Part shown: positions 22,661-36,290 of the stretch, in pieces
Position numbering within the stretch: position 1 is the first letter of the stretch
How the letters are laid out: every line of letters starts with the position of its first letter
Source of the DNA: Ranitomeya imitator
Taxonomy: Eukaryota
Reading direction: 5' to 3'
DNA length: 64,000 nt
Assembly: GCF_032444005.1 (NCBI RefSeq)
Contig: NC_091285.1
Span: 119,598,001 to 119,662,000 of the forward strand
The notes under the pieces: generated by a model
Told to the model about the DNA's origin: nothing
Database searches by the model: none
The model's input: only the letters and a program-made list of their open reading frames with translations
Position numbers and translations under genes: made by a program

Positions 22661-25355
22661 ATCACATTGAATACCCTATTAGTTTATTTGCTTAGTTGAT
22701 ACGCATTTGCCAGATTTTTTTGGTTGCTTTCATTTAGCATACCTTTAAAAAGCAATATTATCATATGCTAGTCAATACCTGGTAAAATATCAACTCGCAC
22801 AATAAAACATGGAGTTTTCCTTGCGTTGAAGTCAATGAACATATTAAAGATTGTTAAGTGTTAAAATCACAGTCCTGGTAATGGCATTAGCATATTATGA
22901 GGTCACACACTTTAATTAATCAGAAAAAAAAGAAGAAAGAAATCTAACAATGAGTAATTATGATAACCACCAATGGAGGGACATGACAAATGCTCCCATT
23001 CCAATAAAGAAGATGATTTATTGTTTACTGATATGCACAGATTAAAGACCCAATCAAGGCTTGTATTAACAATCTTATGAAGAGAAGCCCTTCAGTGCTG
23101 ACACATAGGATGCAGGAGATTAAACTTGTGTTTACCGTATGAAAGCCTGCGATATGAACGTCTTTCACACAGGCGTCCAAGCGTGACTTCATTTCAAGGT
23201 TCTTAACCCTCTCAGCCAATCACAGCACGAATTTGCCCTGCATTTCTAGTGCATGTTATGATAGATTGTGATATACTGTGCTATGATTACCTTCCAAGGC
23301 TAGGGAACATCACTGATTCACTGTGATATAGCACGATACATATTGATACTTATTTTTAGCCTTTTTTATGGAAGTTGTGATACAATGTTATTGCACATTT
23401 ATCCACAGGATGATTAATTGAGTTTTCTGATCAAGGCTTTTGTTATCTGAAATGGCTGAATGAAACCAAGAGATAAAATTCTCTAAGCACCATAATGGCC
23501 AAAAGCAAAATGACAAATTCTTTTTAACCATTCCAGTAAAACATCTAATTTATCCAATAATATTTGCAAGACAATTAGCAACATATAATGCAAAGAATAT
23601 GTACATCCAAAATGGTACAATTTGCCAAATTATTATCCTACATTTATAATAACATTTTTACAACCCTACCATAGAACCATAGACATAAATAGTACTATGG
23701 TTCAAAAGCATGTAAAGCTACTAATAACTGCATATAAAGAACGTTATTGTTGTTTAATTTTAGGTGTTCACCAAGCATCAATTAAACAATCCAAAATAAC
23801 ACATTAATGAACAGCGGAAGAATGGCTTTATACTTGCTCCATAACAGTTGGGTGGTCTGCCTTCATTGGAAGCACACCACTTCCGAAAACATAAAAGTTG
23901 TGGAAATCCCTTCAAGGACATTTTGCAGCTTACTCCTGGAGAGCAGTTTCTACCAAGCTACACCAGGTGGCATGACCTAATAAGTGGTACTTGGCAGACC
24001 TTGGGGCTTTGTTAGGCCAACAACAGCAGAGGTAAACTATCCAAGGCTTGCAGTCACATTTCTGGGCACTGATGAGCTGCCAGAGGGAGCCATCTCGTGT
24101 CAATGATGCCAGAAGAGGGATCCCTCTGGCAATGTAATCACCTTGATTGGCATTTATGCCATGGTGTCTTATTATCTTAACAAAAGACATTTCATGACAA
24201 TACATGTACAGTATGTCACAGTATACTAAGAGATAAAATCATATCATGCCATGCTATACATGCTAAGGTCCTTCAATTTTGTTTTAAAGTTGATGTTTAC
24301 CACTCATTATAATAATTAGAACAAACTAATCAGCATCTTGATGAATGACATGCATAATTAGTCTGTTGCAAATTCTAAGATGCTGTAAAAACAGACTAGG
24401 TAAATGTTCCTTAATTATCTTGTTATTGTGATCCTTTTCCCGCGTAATTATGAACAACCTTTCGCATTCCCAGCAACATTTTTTTACATCCAATTTTGAT
24501 ATGACTTAAACATATTCCACTATGGCACACCAATCAAATTTAAAAAAAAAGAATGAAGCCTGATGATGCAGCTTCATCAAGTCTTACTCATTTAGTATGA
24601 CAATTACGTTTTACAGAGTGAGGTCATATCAGGACACGTTGAGCTTCACATACAATAAATACCCTAAATGTAGATGGCAAATCTTGCCTTGGCGAGATAA
24701 ACTGACACACTAAAAAGTTCTTCCACCTATGTACGGTACATGGAAATGTATTATGCAGGTGATGACAGACAACTGCTCACTAACATAATGTGTACCTATT
24801 ACCAGAAAAGAAATACGAAAAAAACTTTCACTGAACTATTAATTTATCTTTTTATTTGAAAGCATCATTAAAGTATTGCATTCATTCCAGTACCCAATGC
24901 CCCATCCATGATACAATTAGTGTGCCAATTGAATGAGAGAAGGGGACACCTATTACCACCTTCTTTACTCTCCTATAAAGCCCAGCTTGTGGCTCAGCTT
25001 CATATGGCATCCTTATTTTCAGTAAATACTTCATGCCACCTAAACGGCAGTCTATAACAAGTGAAAAGGGTGCACATTAAATGTCTACTGGAACGAGTAG
25101 TGGTATATCTAATTTTCTGTTTGGATCAGGCTTTTAGGCACCAATATAATTTTTTCTGCATTTTATGCATTATGACAATATGCGACACTAGTACTTTCAG
25201 AAAATATATAGGCATTGGGGGATGATATCAATTTATCATTTAGTAAGATAAATTTTGTTTATACACTTCAAAATTGCAAAAATTGTTCTAGAAACCAGAG
25301 GCGCAAAATGTCAAGAAACCTCTGAGATGAAAGGGTTTAACTACAAAATTATACA

Positions 25356-25360
<5 letters not shown>

Positions 25361-25393
<33 letters not shown>

Positions 25394-25400
25394 TATATAT
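25361..25400. repeat. (TA)n microsatellite
   Basis: Seen directly in the sequence. Confidence 0.95.
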
Positions 25401-27559
25401 AAAGTTTGGTATCACCAGAATCGCACTGACCTGAAGAATTATGTTGCCAGGTCTTTTTTTTGGCCCATTAAATGCCAAATTAATTATTACAATTAATTAT
25501 TGCTATCCTTTCTGCAACAGTTACAAGTTGTACTTGAGTTGTACATTGGGAAACCCCTGGCTTTGTTCTGGCAGCACCGGGCAGGAAACCGCTTAAGTAA
25601 AAGCATATTACTTGTGCCATCAATTTGCCATACTTGTTATCTACTTTACAATAGCACTTTTTGGTAGAATATTCATTTGACGTTATGTCAATAACACTTT
25701 GTTATTTCCCTCAAAAACACGTAGATTCTCTCTTTACATCTTTTCAACTACCCCCAAGAGTCTGGTCAAATGATACTAAGAAGCGTTACAAGATCCAGTG
25801 ACTACAGAAAAGGGATTTAGAGTTACAAGTATTAAAGCAGATGAATCACATTAACCTCTGCTCTTTTTATTATAATCACTGCCCACTGGAAACAACAACA
25901 GAATTGCTAAAATCTCACATTGCCTAATGGGATGGTAATAGAATTCAGAGGCCATTAGGGTAAAAGCAATCCATATTTAACAGTTTAATAAGGTCTTACT
26001 TAAGATTCAGTATTCTTTCTCAATTTGACAAATTCTCATTAGACAATCAGTTGTATTTATACCATTTTTAAACTGGCGTTTATATTACCTTATTTTTCAT
26101 TAATATCTTGCTATATTATGAATATTTTTGCAGAAATGATGGCGTATTTTGCAAAATCAAGTGTGTCTAATCCGAAGCTTTTAAAGGCATTCAATTGTCA
26201 GAGTGTGTAGCAAGTTACCCTTGCATATTCAAAAGGTAAGTAAATCCTTCATAATGATTTGAATATGCACCATAAACAAATCTAAACAAATATACTGCTT
26301 TGTTCTAATCATAAATTTAATAGAAAATCAAATATTTGTGGAACTGTCATACTTAAAAAAGCAGTTCAAGAATTATGCACAGTGAATTAATGGGTCATTC
26401 ACCAAATCATAATGTGGTCTCAGTTTTCTGCACATACAGAATGAATAATGTGTGCCAATACAATCTACTGTTAAATCTGCACTGATTTGCAGCTCACACA
26501 ACCATAATGATGATCCCTTATGTGTTTTTTTACTATCCATTTCCACTTATTCCGTTCTCCAGTAGTTCTAATGCTGGCGGTCAATCATACTCAGATGTAC
26601 CTAATGACTGTATAATAAAACATAAAAAAAGCCAGCTAGTATCACAGTTCAGCTATGCTATGCTGAAGATCCCATTGATACAAGCTGCATGTGCACCTAT
26701 TGTCTAGCCAATAAAAATAAAAAATACCTATGATGTAATTAAACATAGATGCTCTCATCTTTATTGCCCTGATAGTCATATTGCAGCAAAGCTCAGTCAT
26801 TCTATGCTTAGAACTGCTATATAGGCACTAAAATATGACGACTGTCATAGCAATAAGTGTTGGTTACCTAGTAGGACACAGACACTGCATTGACAACTAT
26901 TAACCCCTTCAAGACCCAGCCTATTTTGACCTTAAAGACCTTGCCGTTTTTTGCAATTCTGACCAGTGTCCCTTTATGAGGTAATAACTCAGGAACGCTT
27001 CAACGGATCCTAGCGGTTCTGAGATTGTTTTTTCGTGACATATTGGGCTTCATGTTAGTGGTAAATTTAGGTCAATAAATTCTGCATTTATTTGTGATAA
27101 ACACGGAAATTTGGCGAAAATTTTGAAAATTTCGCAATTTTCACATTTTGAATTTTTATTCTGTTAAACCAGAGAGATATGTGACACAAAATAGTTAATA
27201 AATAACATTTCCCACATGTTTACTTTACATCAGCACAATTTTGGAAACAAAATTTTTTTTTGTTAGGAAGTTATAAGGGTTAAAATTCGACCAGCGATTT
27301 GTCATTTTTACAACGAAATTTACAAAACCATTTTTTTTAGGGACCACCTCACATTTGAAGTCAGTTTGAGGGGTCTATATGGCTGAAAATACCCAAAAGT
27401 GACACCATTCTAAAAACTGCACCCCTCAAGGTACTCAAAACCACATTCAAGAAGTTTATTAACCCTTCAGGTGCTTCACAGCAGCAGAAGCAACATGGAA
27501 GGAAAAAATGAACATTTAACTTTTTAGTCACAAAAATTATCTTTTAGCAACAATTTTTT

Positions 27560-30080
27560 TATTTTCCCAATGGTAAAAGGAGAAACTGAACAACGAAAGT
27601 TGTTGTCCAATTTGTCCTGAGTACGCTGATACCTCATATGTGGGGGTAAACCACTGTTTTGGCGCACGGCAGGGCTTGGAAGGGAAGGAGCGCCATTTGA
27701 CTTTTTGAATCAAAAATTGGCTCCACTCTTTAGCGGACACCATGTCACGTTTGGAGAGCCCCCGTGTGCCTAAAAATTGGAGCTCCCCCACAAGTGACCC
27801 CATTTTGGAAACTAGACGCCCCAAGGAACTTATCTAGATGCATAGTGAGCACTTTGAACCCCCAGGTGCTTCACAAATTGATCCGTAAAAATGAAAAAGT
27901 ACTTTTTTTTCACAAAAAAATTCTTTTCGCCTCAATTTTTTCATTTTCACATGGGCAGTAGGATAAAATGGATCATAAAATTTGTTGGGCAATTTCTCCC
28001 GAGTACGCCGATACCTCATATGTGGGGGTAAACCACTGTTTGGGCACTCGGCAGGGCTCGGAAGAGAAGGCGCGCCATTTGACTTTTTGAATGGAAAATT
28101 AGCTCCAATTGTTAGCGGACACCATGTCGCGTTTGGAGAGCCCCTGTGTGCCTAAACATTGGAGCTCCCGCACAAGTGACCCCATTTTGGAAACTAGACC
28201 CCCCAAGGAACTTATCTAGATGCATATTGAGCACTTTAAACCCCCAGGTGCTTCACAGAAGTTTATAACGCAGAGCCATGAAAATAAAAAATAATTTTTC
28301 TTTCCTCAAAAATGATTTTTTAGCCTGGAATTTCCTATTTTGCCAAGGATAATAGGAGAAATTGGACCCCAAATATTGTTGTCCAGTTTGTCCTGAGTAC
28401 GCTGATACCCCATATGTGGGGGTAAACCACTGTTTGGGCGCACGGCAGGGCTCGGAAGGCTTTTTAAATGGAAAATTAGCTCCAATCATTAGCGGACACC
28501 ATGTCACGTTTGGAGAGCCCCTGTGTGCCTAAACATTGGAGATCCCCCAGAAATGACACCATTTTAGAAACTAGACCCCCAAAGGAACTAATCTAGATGT
28601 GTGGTGAGGACTTTGAACCCCCAAGTGCTTCACAGAAGTTTATAACGCAGAGCCATGAAAATAAAAAAAAAAATTATTTTCTCAAAAATGATCTTTTAGC
28701 CTGCAATTTTTTATTTTCCCAAGGGTAACAGGAGAAATTTGACCCCAAAAGTTGTTGTCCAGTTTCTCCTGAGTACGCTGATACCCCATATGTGGGGGTA
28801 AATCACTGTTTGGGCACATGCCGGGGCTCGGAAGTGAAGTAGTGACGTTTTGAAATGCAGACTTTGATGGAATGCTCTGTGGGCGTCACGTTGCGTTTGC
28901 AGAGCCCCTGATGTGGCTTAACAGTAGAAACCCCCCACAAGTGACCCCATTTTGGAAACTAGACCCCCAAAGGAACTTATCTAGATGTGTGGTGAGCACT
29001 TTGAACCCCCAAGTGCTTCATAGAAGTTTATAATGCAGAGCCGTGAAAATAATAAATACGTTTTCTTTCCTCAAAAGTAATTATTTAGCCCAGAATTTTT
29101 TAATTTTCCCAAGGGTAACAGGAGAAATTTGACCCCAATATTTGTTGTCCAGTTTCTCCTGAGTACGGTGATACCCCATATGTGGGGGTAAACTACTGTT
29201 TGGGCACATGCCGGGGCTTGGAATTGAAGTAGTGACGTTTTGAAATGCAGACTTTGATGGAATGCTCTGCGGGCGTCACGTTGCGTTTGCAGAGCCCCTG
29301 ATGTGGCTTAACAGTAGAAACCCCCCACAAGTGACCCCATTTTGGAAACTAGACCCTGAAAGGAACTTATCTAGATGTGTGGTGAGCACTTTGAACCCCC
29401 AAGTGCTTCATAGAAGTTTATAATGCAGAGCCGTGAAAATAATAAATACGTTTTCTTTCCTCAAAAATAATTATTTAGCCCAGAATTTTTTATTTTCCCA
29501 AGGGTTACAGGAGAAATTGGACCCCAAAAGTTGTTGTACAGTTTCTCCTGAGTACGCTGATACCCCATATGTGGGGGTAAACCACTGTTTGGGCACACGT
29601 CGGGGCTCAGAAGGGAAGTAGTGACTTTTGAAATGCAGACTTTGATGGAATGGTCTGCGGGTGTCACGTTGCGTTTGCAGAGCCCCTGGTGTGCCTAAAC
29701 AGTAGAAACCCCCCACAAGTGACCCCATTTTAGAAACTAGACCCCCCAAGGAACTTATCTAGATATGTGGTGAGCACTTTGAACCCCCAAGTGCTTCACA
29801 GACGTTTACAACGCAGAGCCGTGAAAATAAAAAATCATTTTTCTTTCCTCAAAAATTATGTTTTAGCAAGCATTTTTTTAGATTCACAAGGGTAACAGGA
29901 GAAATTGGACCCCAGTAATTGTTGCGCAGTTTGTCCTGAGTATGCTGGTACCCCACATGTGGGGGTAAACCACTGTTTGGGCACACGTCAGGGCTCGGAA
30001 GTGAGGGAGCACCATTTGACTTTTTGAATACGAGATTGGCTGGAATCAATGGTGGCGCCATGTTGCGTTTGGAGACCCCT
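27560..30080. repeat. ~388-bp tandem repeat, about 7 diverged copies, inside the piggyBac-like element
   Basis: Marker TGTGGGGGTAAA at 27639, 28021, 28415, 28791, 29181, 29570 and 29958. Confidence 0.92.
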
Positions 30081-30114
30081 GATGTGCCTAAACAGTGGTA
30101 ACCCCTCAATTCTA

Positions 30115-30268
30115 ACTCCAACACTAACCCCAACACACCCCTAACCCTAATCCCAACTGTAGCCATAATCCTAATCACAACCCTAACCCCAACACACCCC
30201 TAACCACAACACTAACCCCAACACACCCCTAACCCTAACCACAACCCTAATTCCAACCCTAACCCTAA
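30115..30268. repeat. Degenerate CCCTAA telomere-like tract
   Basis: CCCTAACCCTAA units interspersed with AACACACCCC. Confidence 0.8.
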
Positions 30269-30612
30269 GGCTATGTGCCCACGTTGCGGATTCGTGTGAG
30301 ATATTTCCGCACCATTTTTGAAAAATCCGCGGGTAAAAGGCACTGTGTTTTACCTGCGGATTTTCCGCGGATTTCCAGTGTTTTTTGTGCGGATTTCACC
30401 TGCGGATTCCTATTGAGGAACAGGTGTAAAACGCTGCGGAATCCGCACAAAGAATTGACATGCTGCGGAAAATACAACGCAGCGTTCCCGCGCGGTATTT
30501 TCCGCACCATGGGCACAGCGGATTTGGTTTTTCATATGTTTACATGGTACTGTAAACCTGATGGAACACTGCTGCGAATCCGCAGCCAAATCCGCACCGT
30601 GTGCACATAGCC
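30269..30612. mobile_element. PIF/Harbinger-type MITE (family of 4850-5243)
   Basis: TIR GGCTATGTGC and TAA TSD; the left TAA belongs to a CCCTAA unit. Confidence 0.88.
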
Positions 30613-30621
30613 TAATTCTAA

Positions 30622-30952
30622 AGGTATGTGCACACGCTGCGGAAAACGCTGCGGATCGGCAGCAGTTTCCCATGAGTTTACAGTTCAATGTAAACCTATG
30701 GGAAACAAAAATCGCTGTACACATGCTGCGGAAAAACTGCACGGAAACGCAGCGGTTTACATTCCGCAGCATGTCACTTCTTTGTGCGGATTCCGCAGCG
30801 GTTTTACAACTGCTCCAATAGAAAATCGCAATTGTAAAACCGCAGTGAAATGCGCAGAAAAAAACGCGGTAAATCCGCCATAAATCCGCAGCGGTTTAGC
30901 ACTGCGGATTTATCAAATCCGCAGCGGAAAAATCCGAAGAGGACCAGAATAC
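30622..30952. mobile_element. Second related Harbinger-type MITE, truncated by the gap
   Basis: TAA followed by AGGTATGTGCACAC, with the same internal GCGGATT-rich sequence. Confidence 0.75.
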
Positions 30953-31118
30953 NNNNNNNNNNNNNNNNNNNNNNNNNNNNNNNNNNNNNNNNNNNNNNNN
31001 NNNNNNNNNNNNNNNNNNNNNNNNNNNNNNNNNNNNNNNNNNNNNNNNNNNNNNNNNNNNNNNNNNNNNNNNNNNNNNNNNNNNNNNNNNNNNNNNNNNN
31101 NNNNNNNNNNNNNNNNNN
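30953..31118. other. Assembly gap (166 N)
   Basis: Run of N. Confidence 1.
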
Positions 31119-33137
31119 GGAAAAAAAAAAATTTCTTTATTTTTTTATTGTCCCTACCTATGGGGGTGACAAAGGGGGGGGGGGTCATTTATTATTTTTT
31201 TTATTTTGATCACTGAGATAGATTATATATCAGTGATCAAAATGCACTTTGGAACGAATCTGCCGGCCGGCAGATTCGGCGGGCGCACTGCGCATGCGCC
31301 CGCCATTTTGGAAGATGGCGGCGCCCGGGAGAAGACGGACGGGACCACGGCTGGATCGGTAAGTATGATAGGGTGGGGGGGGACCACGGGGGGGTGGGGG
31401 GGCGATCGGAGTGGTGGGGTGGGGGCACACTAGTATTTCCAGCCATGGCCGATGATATTTCAGCATCGGCCATGGCTGGATTGTAATATTTCACCCGTTA
31501 TAATGGGTGAAATATTACAAATCGCTCTGATTGGCAGTTTCACTTTCAACAGCCAATCAGAGCGATCGTAGCCACGAGGGGGTGAAGCCACCCCCCCTGG
31601 GCTAAACTACCACTCCCCCTGTCCCTGCAGATCGGGTGAAATGGGAGTTAACCCTTTCACCCGGTCTGCAGGGATGCGATCTTTCCATGACGCCACATAG
31701 GCGTCATGGGTCGGATTGGCACCGACTTTCATGACGCCTACGTGGCGTCAAAGGTCGGGAAGGGGTTAATGGTTACCTCATCCATACAAATTATGATTGC
31801 CCATGCTGAGATCTATCTATCTCTGTAAGGAATGACACGAGTGCAGAGGAAGGGTCCTGCAGTGTGCTGGTGGGAAATGAAGCATTAGCTGGTAAGCGAT
31901 AGACCGCCCATTCAGCTCTGTGAAGAGGGATCTACAATAAAAAGACACAAACATACAAGAAACCTTGCTGAGATTTCATTGTCAACAGGTCAATAGTGAC
32001 CCGTTTTTGCTCTTATTTTACTCCCACTGATCCCCGTCTTTTCTTTAAATTTGCCACATGGTTACAGAAATATGGACCTGCTTATTTGGTGCTACCCCTT
32101 ATTGGCTTTACAAGGGGGCATTGCACAGAGAATTCTCTAAGGGTGTGTATTTAGGCTGCTCTGCGTTATTACCTTGAAAGCACCACCCCCTTAGTAAATA
32201 CCATAAAAGTCTGCAGCAAATAAAAAGATCCATATTTCTTGAAACGGACATCTGACTTAAAAAAACAAACAAAAAAGCATAATGCTTAGGGGAGCATGGA
32301 TATAAAATAGGAGCAGAAACTGGCCACTTTCAATCTTATGATGTATGATCTGAGTAGGCATATTCAGCTTAAATGCATTGCACCTCAGAGCCACGTTGGG
32401 TCCTTGCACTGCAATGCAAGCTTCTGGCCAATCAGAGGCCGGCAGCAGACGTTGGCATGCAAATCACTGACAGCACATGGCAATGATGTCATGCAGGGCC
32501 TGTCTCTTGAACGTTGAAATAATCTGACAGCTATGGAAGAGGACACTGCACGTTGTCGGAGTGGGAAAAAGGGAGTAGAATATTTTTTTTTCCAACATTG
32601 TTGGAGAAGAGCAGCAGAACACAGACATTATTACTGGAAGAAGCCCAAGATTAGGCATATTACACCAGAATGGAGGACATATATAAATGGAAAGGGCCCA
32701 GGATGGGGGACATTTTACCCAGAGGGGGCCCATGATATTAGATTAGGACAGGGCGATATTATACAAGAAAGAGACCCAGGATAGAGGACATTATACCAGG
32801 AAGGGGAGACATTATACCAGGAATAGGCCCAGGAAGGAGGGCATTATACCAATAAAGGGAGACATTACAGCAGGGAAGTCTCCAGGATGTAGAAATTATA
32901 CCAGGATGGGGATAATATTACAGGAAGGGACCAGGATGGAGGAAAATATTACAAGGGGCTAGACATTATTACAGAAAGGGGCTAGGATGGGGGACAATAT
33001 TACAAGAAAGGGAAACAAGGTGCAAGACATTATTACGGGAAGAGGTCTGGATGGAGGACATTATTATAGGTAGGGACCAGGTTCAGGGATATTATTACAG
33101 GATGGAGGTTATTGTTACATGAAAGGGTGAACATGTA

Positions 33138-33337
33138 CAGTACAGACCAAAAGTTTGGACACACCTTCTCATTTAAAGATTTTTCTGTATTTTCATGACT
33201 ATGAAAATTGTAAATTCACACTTAAGACATCCAAACTATGAATTAACACATGTGGAATTATATACATAACAAAAAAGTGTGAAACAACTGAAAATATTTC
33301 TTATATTCTAGGTTCTTCAAAGTAGCCACCTTTTGCT
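33138..33337 (+). mobile_element. Tc1-like left-end fragment
   Basis: TA|CAGTACAGACCAAAAGTTTGGACACACC, a typical Tc1 TIR start. Confidence 0.7.
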
Positions 33338-33530
33338 AAGGTTTTTCTTTTCTGTTTTCTGACAGGGCCATTCATACCAGGATGGGGGTGGGGGCCAGTC
33401 ATTCCAAGATAAGGATTGGGCCATGCATACCAGGACTTGGATGGGGGCCAATTACACCAGGCTAAGGGTGGGGCCCTGTATACCAGTATAGTGATGGGGC
33501 CATGCATACTAGGATGAGATGGGGGCCCTG

Positions 33531-34822
33531 CAGGGTCGGCTCTAGTTTTTTGAGGGCCCTGGGCGAAAGAGTCTCAGTGGGCCCCTTTAACACATACCAC
33601 GATTCATGATCGCATATAAACACAGCCATGTAGTATATAACAGCCCACGTAGAATATAACAGCCCATGTAGTATATAGCAGCCCACGAAATATATAGCAG
33701 CCCACGTAGTATATAGCAGTCCACGTAGTATATAGCAGCCCACGTAGTATATAGCAGCCCACGTAGTATATAGCAGTCCACGTAGTATATAGCAGCCCAC
33801 AAAGTATATAGCAGTCCACATAGTATATAGCAGTCCACATAGCATATAGCAGCCCACGTAGTATATAGCAGCCCACGTAGTATATAGCAGCCCACGTAGT
33901 AAACAGCAGCCCACGTAGTAAATAGCAGCCCACGTAGTAAATAGCAGCCCACGCAGTATACAGCAGGCCACGTAGTAAACTGCAGCCCACGTAGTAAATA
34001 GCAGCCCACGTAGCAAACAGCAGCCCACGTAGTAAATAGCAGCCCACGTAGTAAATAGCAGCCCACGTAGTAAACAGCAGCCCACATAGTGAACGGCAGT
34101 CCATGTAGTAAATAGCAGCCCACACAGTATATAAGAGCCCACGTAGTAAACAGCAGCCCACGTAGTAAACAGCAGCCCACGTAGTAAACAACAGCCCACA
34201 TAGTAAACAGCAGCCCACGTAGTAAATAGCAGCCCATATAGTAAATAGCAGCGCACGTAGTAAACAGCAGCCCACGTAGTAAATAGCAGCCCACGTAGTA
34301 AACAGCAGCCCACATAGTAAATAGCAGCCTACGTAGTAAACAGCAGCCCACGTAGTAAACAGCAGCCCACGTAGTAAACAGCAGCCCACGTAGTAAATAG
34401 CAGCCCACGTAGTAAATAGCAGCCCACGTAGTAAATAGCGGCCCACATAGTATATTAGACAGCCCAACCAGTATATAAGAGCCCATACCTTGTGCTCCTA
34501 GCCAGGCTCTGCATCCCCCTGCAATCTTTTGCTCCAGGTGACAGGTGCTGCACATTTCCTGTTTGGCGATGCGCGGCTCATTCTCCAGGCACTGGACGGT
34601 CGGAACTTAGTCACTCTGCGTATCCATGGCGACGCATTGTGGGCGGCTCTCCAGGAGCTGCGAAAGTCCTAGAGCTTCGTGGGTGCACCTCGGCCCGCAG
34701 ATGCCTGCCTCAGGGGCCACATGTGGGCAGCCTGCCCCTAACGCCGGCCATGAATGGGCCCCCCTGTCTCGCCAGGGCCCCCGACACTTGCCCGGGTACG
34801 CCGGGTGCTGACGCCGGCCCTG
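33531..34822. mobile_element. hAT-type non-autonomous element
   Basis: TIR CAGGG(T/C)CGGC and perfect 8-bp TSD GGGCCCTG at 33523-33530 and 34823-34830. Confidence 0.88.
33625..34450. repeat. 19-bp minisatellite (GCAGCCCACGTAGTAWAYA)n, about 43 copies
   Basis: Seen directly; matches the 19-aa periodicity of the spurious minus-strand ORFs. Confidence 0.95.
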
Positions 34823-34829
34823 GGGCCCT

Positions 34830-35385
34830 GCATACCAGGATAGGGATGAGGGGGACCATTTGTACCAGGATAGGGATGAGGAGGCCATGCCTACCAGGCT
34901 AGAGAAAAGGGGGACATGCATACCAAGCTATGGATGAGGGAGCCATGCATACCAGGATGGGGATGAGGGCCATTCATACCAGGATAGAGATAAGGGGCCA
35001 TGCACACCAGGATAGGGATGAGGAGCCATGCATACCAGGATAGGGATGAGGAGCCATGCATACCAGGATAAAGATGAGAAGCCATGCATACCAGGATAGG
35101 GATGAGGAGCCATGCATACCAGGGTAGGGATGGGAAGCCATGCATACCAGGATAGGGATGAGGAGCCTTGCATACCAGGATAGGGATGAGGAGCCATGTA
35201 TACCAGGATGGGGATGAGGAGCCATGCATACCAGGACATGGATAAGGGGACCATGCACACCAGGATAGGGATGAGGGAGCCATGCATACCAGGATAGGAA
35301 GGAGGGTGCCATGCATACCAGGATAGGGATGAGGGGGGCATGTGTATCAGGATGGGGATGAGTGGAATCATATGACCAGGATAGG
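34830..35385. repeat. 28-bp minisatellite (CATGCATACCAGGATAGGGATGAGGAGC)n
   Basis: Seen directly in the sequence. Confidence 0.93.
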
Positions 35386-35724
35386 GGATATTAAGTATAG
35401 AATTGACATTTTTTGCTTCAATTTGTTTTCCTAATTTCCTCCTCCAAACCTAGGTGCATCTTACAATACAATCCGAAAAATACGGTAGTTCCTTGGAAGA
35501 AATGAGGAGCATGATTACTCTGATAATGTAACATATTATTCTATTCTGTTGATTTGGAAAACAGCATGCATTGCAAATCTGCAAACAAGTAGAACATCTA
35601 GATCATTGCACTCACTACTATTATATTAAATTGAGAACTCATTGGTGTCAAAACAACTATTTAGATGGCCCACAAAGTCCGTTTGTCCGTTTGTCACCAT
35701 GATCCATCAAGCTATCTTGTAGTT

Positions 35725-36290
35725 TATGCAATCCAGATATTCCTCTGTACATTAGACATTAAACGTTTATATAAGAATATACCACAACATAACGGCATAA
35801 ATTTTGTTAGAGTTAGAGGCTGTCTGGATCGCACATTGAGTAATGAGTCTACCAAGTTATTAATATTGTTATCAGAATTTGTATTATAGTAGAAGCACGT
35901 TAACCACATATCTATGCTATTTCAAAATCTTGGAAGAAAACTCAGTGATGGACACAAATGAAAATAATTTTGTGTTTCCCATCACAATGTTTGCTACACT
36001 TGGAGCCACAATGGTGCCCATTGATGTCCTACTCAGCTGAAAATAAAACAAAAAAAAGAGTCGGAGTATACCGTAAGTTGCATGCATGCAATGCTTAGGA
36101 GAATGTTTACACTGGCCAGTTAAAAACAAAGCCTGCAATAGAAACAAAATGTGCAATAAAACATTTTTTTTGCTCATTTTGTTTCGATCTTAGGCTTTGT
36201 AGCTGCAAGTAGTAGAAACCATCAAATCTGAAGTAATTTCTAGATAATTCTAATAACAATATTAAAAGTATGACAGACATATTCCTCAAT
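35725..36290. pseudogene. Degenerate Penelope-like RT fragments in opposite orientations
   Basis: + strand (35725-35889): FLCTLDIKRLYKNIPQHNG..LLILLSEFVL. Minus strand (36290-35940): LLELSRNYFRFDGFYYLQ and RTSMGTIVAPSVANIVMG. Confidence 0.7.

Larger units (their letters stand above)
26904..31765. mobile_element. Large non-autonomous piggyBac-like element spanning an assembly gap
   Basis: TTAA at both flanks (26900-26903, 31766-31769) and imperfect TIRs CCCCTTCAAGACC / CCCCTTCCCGACC. No transposase. Contiguity across the gap is assumed. Confidence 0.7.
32620..35485 (+). mobile_element. Tc2/pogo-like non-autonomous element (right end only) with minisatellite body, hosting nested insertions
   Basis: Terminus ..ATCCGAAAAATACGG|TA at 35485. 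Related CCAGGATGGGG-type repeats run 32620-33130, 33360-33530 and 34830-35385. Left end not found. Confidence 0.55.

Noticed and set aside
23848-24205. Open frames on both strands in unique sequence
   Set aside because: No recognisable domain, weak splice sites, and lengths compatible with chance.
26134-26235. Exon-like segment with TTTTTGCAG acceptor and AAG|GTAAGT donor
   Set aside because: All three frames contain stops. It could be non-coding but has no other support.
31777-31931. Minus-strand exon-like segment with good splice sites
   Set aside because: All three frames contain stops, and there is no recognisable product.
33462-35371. Minus-strand ORFs of 112-322 aa with Cys/Tyr/Trp periodicity
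   Set aside because: They derive from the 19-bp and 28-bp minisatellites.
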